Source: a virus
Taxonomy: Duplodnaviria; Caudoviricetes
IMG/VR virus record: IMGVR_UViG_3300032605_000023
Coordinates: 1 to 56,336 of that record
Length of the DNA: 56,336 nt
Direction: 5' to 3' (one strand)
Position numbers and translations under genes: made by a program. Shown in pieces: positions 56,090-56,336 of the stretch. The notes under the pieces were generated by a model, which was given only the letters and a program-made list of their open reading frames with translations, was not told the DNA's origin and searched no databases. How positions within the stretch are numbered: the stretch's first letter is position 1; the number at the start of each line of letters is the position of its first letter.

Positions 56090-56336
56090 ATGGCACTTAC
56101 ACCCATAAGCACGGATCAAACCATTAGCGCAGATCAAGGGTTTAATATATCCAATTTTACGGAGCATTTAAATCAAACTGGCACAATTCAGACTAATAGA
56201 TATTTTTGTAATTTCATGCTCCCTGCATTATTTCAGAAACAAACTAGATTTAAATTTCAATACCCATTGGATAGACTACTTCAATTTAGAGCAGAGCAAG
56301 TTAGAATTCCTGGTATTACATTGGACACTATTGACA
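56090..56336 (+). CDS. Tail-tube-fold baseplate protein (gp54/gp19-like); runs off the window
   Basis: Manual translation MALTPIS...GFNISNF...TNRYFCNF...LQFRAEQVRIPGITL, open to the window end. Confidence 0.6.
   Translation, partial: MALTPISTDQTISADQGFNISNFTEHLNQTGTIQTNRYFCNFMLPALFQKQTRFKFQYPLDRLLQFRAEQVRIPGITLDTID

Noticed and set aside
1-56336. Stop-codon reassignment
   Set aside because: Core genes are full length in the standard code and TAA, TGA and TAG all end genes. The gp5 and VrlC splits are not single in-frame stops.
1-56336. Frequent GANTC sites as a host (CcrM) signature
   Set aside because: Cannot be separated by eye from the expectation for AT-rich coding DNA; needs an observed/expected calculation.

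Overview
This window is a 56-kb fragment of a large, AT-rich T4-like myovirus (contractile tail) genome, read in the standard genetic code and almost entirely on the minus strand. From right to left it holds the baseplate and tail module: gp2/gp4 (plus strand), gp48, gp53, hub, a split gp5, gp25, gp6, gp7, gp8, a split VrlC/DUF4815-type protein, and fibres. Next come the neck, terminase, sheath, tube, portal and head genes (gp13-gp23), a GIY-YIG homing endonuclease, gp3, uvsY, uvsW, gp55, gp47 and gp46. The left end is an accessory block with a degenerate peptide deformylase, a DenV-family glycosylase, a lipoprotein, MazG and a truncated TET-associated/GREB1-like glycosyltransferase. The layout resembles non-T-even T4-like phages of aquatic or alphaproteobacterial hosts (inference). 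Most notable: (1) signs of a virion-protein modification system, namely a 2OG-Fe(II) oxygenase/HD-like fusion inside the split baseplate gene next to a Gly/Asp tail, a GT-A glycosyltransferase among the fibre genes, and dense N-X-S/T and small-Asn motifs in exposed virion proteins; (2) two consensus sigma70 promoters firing antisense from the starts of gp55 and gp17; (3) a full-length peptide deformylase with all three catalytic motifs altered; (4) an ADP-ribosyltransferase-fold protein with a capsid-targeting-like N-terminus between gp13 and gp14. No tRNA, rRNA, CRISPR array, intron or intein was seen. All family calls come from motif recognition by eye, not database searches.
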